Positions 59,210-64,000 of a stretch of 64,000 nt of DNA are shown piece after piece. The position numbers and the translations under genes were made by a program. The stretch covers positions 128,001-192,000 of the forward strand of contig OY771506.1 in NCBI GenBank assembly GCA_963674705.1, in the 5' to 3' direction. This DNA comes from Phycisphaeraceae bacterium (GTDB lineage Bacteria; Planctomycetota; Phycisphaerae; Phycisphaerales; Phycisphaeraceae). Position 1 is the first letter of the stretch, and each line of letters starts with the position of its first letter. The notes beneath the pieces were generated by a model. The model was not told the DNA's origin. It saw nothing but the letters and a program-made list of their open reading frames with translations, and did not search any database.

Positions 59210-60568
59210 ATGCCCAACAACAAAAATGGTGGACGAGGGGGGCGTGGCCCCGGCGAAGGTGACGACGGAATGACCGGCGGCGGCGGCAGCGGCGGTAGTG
59301 GTGGCGGCGGCGGTGGCTTCAAGGGCCGACGCGTCACGACCTGTTCGTTCTGCGGCAAGAGCTCGCGCGAAGTCGGACCGATGGTCGAGGGGCCCAACGA
59401 CGTTTATATCTGCGCCAACTGCACCGACCTGTGCCAGAATATCTTCAAGCAGGAACGGCGGCGTGTGCAGTCCGGTCGGCCGAGTATCGGCTCCATCCCG
59501 ACGCCGCGGCAGCTCAAGGAGTTCCTCGATCAGTACGTGATCGGCCAGGACATGGCCAAGCGTGCGCTCAGTGTCTCCGTGCATAACCACTACAAACGAC
59601 TGACCGCCAGCGAGAAAGAAACGCCGGTAGAAATCGATAAATCCAACGTGTTGTTGATCGGCCCGACGGGCTCGGGCAAGACGCTGTTGGCGCGCACGCT
59701 GGCGCGCACGCTCAACGTGCCGTTCGCCATTGGTGACGCGACCACGCTGACCGAAGCGGGCTACGTCGGTGAAGACGTTGAAAATCTTTTGCTGAAGCTC
59801 TTGCAGGCTGCAGATTACGACCTGGAAGCGGCGCAACGCGGCATCATCTACATCGATGAAATCGACAAGATCGGCAAGACCAGCCAGAACGTCTCGATCA
59901 CTCGTGACGTGTCGGGCGAAGGTGTGCAGCAGGCGCTCTTGAAGATGCTGGAAGGCACGGTCGCGAACGTTCCGCCGCAAGGCGGGCGTAAGCACCCCGA
60001 ACAGCAGTACATCCAGATCGATACGTCGAACATCCTGTTCATCTGTGCCGGCACGTTCGTCGGATTGGAAGAGACGATCCGCAAGCGTCTGGGCCGCAAG
60101 GCGATCGGCTTTGCCAGCGAGCACAACACCGAAAACGAAGACCAGGACAAGGCCACACTTCTGTCGCAGGTGACAGCGGAAGACGTGTTGGAATACGGTA
60201 TGATCCCCGAGTTGATCGGCCGTCTTCCGGTGCTGACGCCGTTGATGCCGCTGGACGTGGAGGCGATGATCAAGATCCTGACCGAGCCGAAGAATGCGCT
60301 TGTGAGGCAGTACCAGTTCTTCTTCAACATGGAGAACGCGGAACTCGAATTCACGCAAGCGGCGCTGGAACGGGCGGCCGAGAAGGCGATCGCACGCAAG
60401 ACCGGAGCACGTGCGTTGCGTAGCGTGATGGAAGAGATGATGCTGGAATTGATGTACGACCTGCCCGAGTTGAACAACGAGGGCGCGAAGTACGTAATAG
60501 ATGCAGCCGCGATCGATGGGCGGAAACAACTGGCAGAGATGCGAGTGCCGCAGAAGGAATCGGCCTGA
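59210..60568 (+). CDS. clpX: ATP-dependent Clp protease ATP-binding subunit
   Basis: CSFCGK...CANC zinc domain, [26 protein letters not shown] loop; Gly-rich N-terminal extension. Confidence 0.97.
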   Translation: MPNNKNGGRGGRGPGEGDDGMTGGGGSGGSGGGGGGFKGRRVTTCSFCGKSSREVGPMVEGPNDVYICANCTDLCQNIFKQERRRVQSGRPSIGSIPTPRQLKEFLDQYVIGQDMAKRALSVSVHNHYKRLTASEKETPVEIDKSNVLLIGPTGSGKTLLARTLARTLNVPFAIGDATTLTEAGYVGEDVENLLLKLLQAADYDLEAAQRGIIYIDEIDKIGKTSQNVSITRDVSGEGVQQALLKMLEGTVANVPPQGGRKHPEQQYIQIDTSNILFICAGTFVGLEETIRKRLGRKAIGFASEHNTENEDQDKATLLSQVTAEDVLEYGMIPELIGRLPVLTPLMPLDVEAMIKILTEPKNALVRQYQFFFNMENAELEFTQAALERAAEKAIARKTGARALRSVMEEMMLELMYDLPELNNEGAKYVIDAAAIDGRKQLAEMRVPQKESA

Positions 60569-60698
60569 AACACGGTCGGCGCCTGACAAAGATCCCAAGC
60601 CAATGTAGGTAACTGGCGAAGTGGCGGTATCTTGTTGAATTAAACCGAGCCGGCATCCGGTTATGCCGTTGCTGCATGGACAGGGGATATAATTACGT

Positions 60699-62969
60699 AT
60701 GAAACGAACCGCCACGATCCGATATGGTGTGCTCCTGACTGCGGTATTCGCGACCGCTGCGATCTTTCTAGCCCCCCCACCGCCGACCGTCAGCGCCCAA
60801 GCCGTCGCGACCGATCTGGATGCGCTGGCTGAAAGTGGGCGATTCGACGAGGTACTGGGCTACCTGCGCGAAAACGAGACGAATCCCAACCAGGGTGCCG
60901 TACAAAGCCTGATCGAAGACCTCGAGCGATATCAGCGCAATGACGCGATGCGCGTGCAGCAGAAGCGCGAGGCATACGACGAGGCGGTCGCCGAACTCGA
61001 AGAGTACATTCAAAAAAACGATCTCGAAAAAGCGATCATCGCGGCTGTCAAGGCGCATGGATTCGCTGAAGACCCGGCCGCCTTGCTCGGTGATGTGCGT
61101 GTGGTCCGCCTGGTCGATCAAACACTGACCAAGGCGAAGGAATCTGAAGAGAAGGACGACTGGCTGGAAGCCTTGGCGCTGTACCGGGCGCTTGACCTGC
61201 TGTTCGAAGAAAGCAACGAATACCAGGATGAGGTAAATCGAGCAGCACAGCATATCCGTGTGCTGCAGCTTTATGCCCCGAAGCAACTGCAATCGCTTTA
61301 CGATCAGCGAGCGGCCAGCCGGGGTGAAGAAGAAAAAGCCGAGGACGAGCCACAGTTAGAACTCGAGGACTGGCACTCGCGTCTGCTAGGCGTGCGTAAA
61401 TCGATGCTTCGGCAGACGATCAGCCACACGACACGCAAGCACGTTGAATTTCGTGACCTGACACCCTTGATGCAGGGCGCGGTCGATGCATTGATCGTCA
61501 TGTTGGACACCCAAGGGTTGGAAGAATCCTTCCCGGCCTTCAGTGACAAAGACAACGTCGCACGTTTCCGGGATTATCTTGCGCACCTGAGCATCTCGCT
61601 TCAGGAGCCCGGCAAAGATGTGACTCGAAGCGACGCCGACACGATGATCGAGCGCATTCTGGATACGAATAAATCTACACTCGATCTGCCTGAAGAAGTC
61701 GTTGTTTATGAACTGACCGAAGGGTTGACCGGTTCGCTGGACGACTTCTCAAGCGTGATCTGGCCCGAGGAACGCGAGACGTTCAGCCGCAGCACGCAAG
61801 GCAACTTCTCCGGCATCGGCGTGCAGATCACCAAGCGCGACGGACGGCTGATGGTCGTGAGTCCGCTGGAAAATACCCCCGCCATGAAAGCGGGACTCAA
61901 AGCCGGTGACGTCATCGCACGGGTCGAAGGCAAGAAGACGGACACGTGGAGCCTGAACCGTGCGGTGCAGGAAATCACCGGGCCACGCGGGACCAACGTC
62001 AGCCTCGGTATCGAACGGCCGGGCGAAGCGGATATGATCGAATACACGATCACGCGCGACCAGATCGAAATCGAATCGATCCGTGGCTGGACGCACAAGC
62101 CCGAGGGCGGCTGGGATTACTGGATCGATCCGACTGACCGCATCGGGTACATCCGCTTGTCGCAATTCATCCCGCAGACCGCCGAAGACCTCGACGCCGC
62201 AATCGCGCAGATGCAGGAAGACGGCCCGATCAACGGCCTGATCCTCGACCTGCGTTTTAACCCGGGCGGATTGCTCAGCTCAGCGATCGATGTGTCGGAC
62301 CGTTTCGTTATCGATGGGCCGATCGTCTCGACCGTTGATGGTGATGACAATTACTCACCGCCCTACCGTGCGCATCGCTTGAAGACGTATCCGGCGTTCG
62401 ACATGGTTGTGCTTATCAACCAGGGCTCAGCCAGTGCAAGCGAGATCGTCTCCGGTGCGTTGCAGGATTATCACCGTGCGATCGTCATCGGCACACGCAG
62501 CTTTGGTAAGGGTTCCGTGCAGGATCTGTTTCCCCTGACCACGAACGGCGCTGCATATCTGAAACTGACGACGCAGTACTACATGCTACCCAGCAAGCGG
62601 ATCATCCACCGCAAGCCGAACGCAAAAACCTGGGGCATCGAGCCCGACCTGGAAGTCGACATGACGACGCGCCAGGTGGCGGACGCGTTGCAGTTGCGTC
62701 AAGAAGTCGACATCATCCGTGATGAGGGTGAACCTGTCACCGCAGAGGTTGAACGGCCTTGGGCGGCGGAACGCTTCCGCGTGCCCGGCGCAGAACCCGT
62801 CGCGGACGGCAAGAATCCTGACGGGACCGACCGCGAAGTCGTTGAGATCGTAAAACCAGAAGCGAGTATGCTGCTTGACCTGGGTCTTGATGCTCAGCTC
62901 GAGACCGCCCTGCTGGTGCTCAAGACGCGGGTCGCGTCGAACCAGATCCAGATGGCGCAGGGGCAGTAG
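60699..62969 (+). CDS. S41 carboxy-terminal processing protease with PDZ and helical N-terminal domain
   Basis: FSGIGV, DLRFNPGGLL, SASASEIVSG, GKGSVQ. Confidence 0.92.
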   Translation: MKRTATIRYGVLLTAVFATAAIFLAPPPPTVSAQAVATDLDALAESGRFDEVLGYLRENETNPNQGAVQSLIEDLERYQRNDAMRVQQKREAYDEAVAELEEYIQKNDLEKAIIAAVKAHGFAEDPAALLGDVRVVRLVDQTLTKAKESEEKDDWLEALALYRALDLLFEESNEYQDEVNRAAQHIRVLQLYAPKQLQSLYDQRAASRGEEEKAEDEPQLELEDWHSRLLGVRKSMLRQTISHTTRKHVEFRDLTPLMQGAVDALIVMLDTQGLEESFPAFSDKDNVARFRDYLAHLSISLQEPGKDVTRSDADTMIERILDTNKSTLDLPEEVVVYELTEGLTGSLDDFSSVIWPEERETFSRSTQGNFSGIGVQITKRDGRLMVVSPLENTPAMKAGLKAGDVIARVEGKKTDTWSLNRAVQEITGPRGTNVSLGIERPGEADMIEYTITRDQIEIESIRGWTHKPEGGWDYWIDPTDRIGYIRLSQFIPQTAEDLDAAIAQMQEDGPINGLILDLRFNPGGLLSSAIDVSDRFVIDGPIVSTVDGDDNYSPPYRAHRLKTYPAFDMVVLINQGSASASEIVSGALQDYHRAIVIGTRSFGKGSVQDLFPLTTNGAAYLKLTTQYYMLPSKRIIHRKPNAKTWGIEPDLEVDMTTRQVADALQLRQEVDIIRDEGEPVTAEVERPWAAERFRVPGAEPVADGKNPDGTDREVVEIVKPEASMLLDLGLDAQLETALLVLKTRVASNQIQMAQGQ

Positions 62970-63012
62970 TCTTCCCCAGCTTCCCCATGCTGTGAGGTAT
63001 CAAATAAACCAG

Positions 63013-63045
63013 ACCGCACACGACTTAGTTGTGTGCGGTTTTTTT
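63013..63045 (+). terminator. Intrinsic terminator
   Basis: ACCGCACACGAC-TTA-GTTGTGTGCGGT followed by a T-run. Confidence 0.75.
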
Positions 63046-63112
63046 ATTGATTTCGAACTTGGGCATGCTAAGCTGGCCGGGACAAAACCCATCAAAGGAC
63101 CGGGAATATCTT

Positions 63113-64000
63113 ATGACGCCGTACCGCTTAGTCTCCGGCCACGCCTTGGCGCTGGGCCTATCGATTGTTGTTTTCATCCCAGCTACTCCCTCAGAAGCAG
63201 CGATCGTCGTGTCGGGAGACATCACGCCGACCTATGATGATTCAGACCCGTGGGAGGTTGGTGGCAATCTCGTTGTCGGCTATAACGCCCCGGCAACACT
63301 GCAGGTCGACGCAGCCAGCGTGGTGAACAGCGCGAGCGGGATTCTTGCCGCGTATGATTCGTCAAGCGGTGAGGTCACCGTCAGCGGGTCCGGGTCGGCA
63401 TGGAACAACTCGGGGGCTCTTCTGGTCGGTCGCGCGGGAACGGGCACGCTGAATATCGAGAACGGCGGAACCGTCACCAACCAGTCCTACGGCTATCTCG
63501 GCCTCGGTGAAACCACTACAGGCACCGTCAATGTCACAGGTGCGGGCTCGGTCTGGAACAACCAGAGTGAACTGCATATCGGGCGTTTCGGCTCAGGCAT
63601 CCTGAATGTCGAAAACGGGGCGACGGTAAGCAATGTTAGCGAAGGCTATCTCGGTTACGCGATCGGCTCGACCGGCACCGTCAACGTCACGGGTCCCGGC
63701 TCGGTGTGGGATGCCCTCGATGCTTTATACGTCGGTAACATCGGCGACGGCGTCCTGAACATCCAGAACGGCGCTTCGGTGAGCAATACCGGAGAAAGCA
63801 GGATCGGTCGCTATACCGGCTCGACGGGTATAGTCACTGTCACGGGAACTGGCTCGGTGTGGGACATCGCCGACAGACTTTTCATCGGTAGCCTTGGCGC
63901 CGGCACGCTGAACATTGAAAACGGCGCCACGGTAAACTCGGGCGGAACAAGCTATATCGGTTTCTCTATCGGCGTAACGAACACAGTCACGGTCACGGGG
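63113..64000 (+). CDS. Secreted protein with T5SS/PEP-CTERM-associated beta repeats; 3' end is outside the window
   Basis: MTPYRLVSGHALALGLSIVVF signal, repeats of G.GTLNIENG.TV...G.V.VTG.GSVW; open to the window end. Confidence 0.85.
   Translation, partial: MTPYRLVSGHALALGLSIVVFIPATPSEAAIVVSGDITPTYDDSDPWEVGGNLVVGYNAPATLQVDAASVVNSASGILAAYDSSSGEVTVSGSGSAWNNSGALLVGRAGTGTLNIENGGTVTNQSYGYLGLGETTTGTVNVTGAGSVWNNQSELHIGRFGSGILNVENGATVSNVSEGYLGYAIGSTGTVNVTGPGSVWDALDALYVGNIGDGVLNIQNGASVSNTGESRIGRYTGSTGIVTVTGTGSVWDIADRLFIGSLGAGTLNIENGATVNSGGTSYIGFSIGVTNTVTVTG

Noticed and set aside
59210..60568. ClpX as the degradation partner of the Pup-like tag
   Set aside because: It is 25 kb away in core gene context; nothing in the sequence links them.
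59126..60715. Long antisense ORFs (e.g. 529 aa opposite clpX, 368 aa opposite GH128)
   Set aside because: Shadow frames caused by high-GC codon bias opposite well-supported genes.

Overview
GC-rich bacterial DNA, most consistent with a planctomycete of the Phycisphaerae type (many PEP-CTERM proteins with duplicated GDLNGDGFVGLDDLD dockerin-like motifs, a DUF1559/prepilin-type gene, planctomycete-style Y1 transposases); this taxonomy is inferred from gene content. Layout: (1) 1-12.6 kb, minus strand: a duplicated LacI + PEP-CTERM surface-protein array (large beta-repeat adhesin, GH128-like glucanase, and a trypsin-like protease/beta-repeat protein cut by the window edge). (2) 13-17.7 kb: two HUH/Y1 (RAYT-like) transposases among several families of short palindromes and direct repeats that bracket cargo genes. 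(3) 17.7-28.5 kb: PEP-CTERM genes and a beta-glucan utilisation locus (GH1, LacI, DUF1559, CBM-like proteins, GH30). (4) 28.5-34 kb: LysR, a ~1.6 kb spacer with no convincing ORF, then a 59-aa Pup/UBact-like gene ending RQESGE that the ORF track missed, 2 nt upstream of a PafA/Dop-family enzyme with a ~320-aa helical C-terminal extension, and no proteasome genes in the window. This is the top candidate for a new system. (5) 35.4-45.6 kb: an integrase-less islet at tRNA-Ser(CGA), bounded by a repeat of the tRNA 3' end, with two sialidase-like genes and an HpcH aldolase. (6) 45.9-64 kb: mostly core genes (epimerase, ACT protein, feoAB, SGNH hydrolase, panE, a two-component system, C39-like peptidase, tig, clpX, S41 protease) and the start of another repeat-rich surface protein. 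All calls come from reading motifs by eye; no searches were run.
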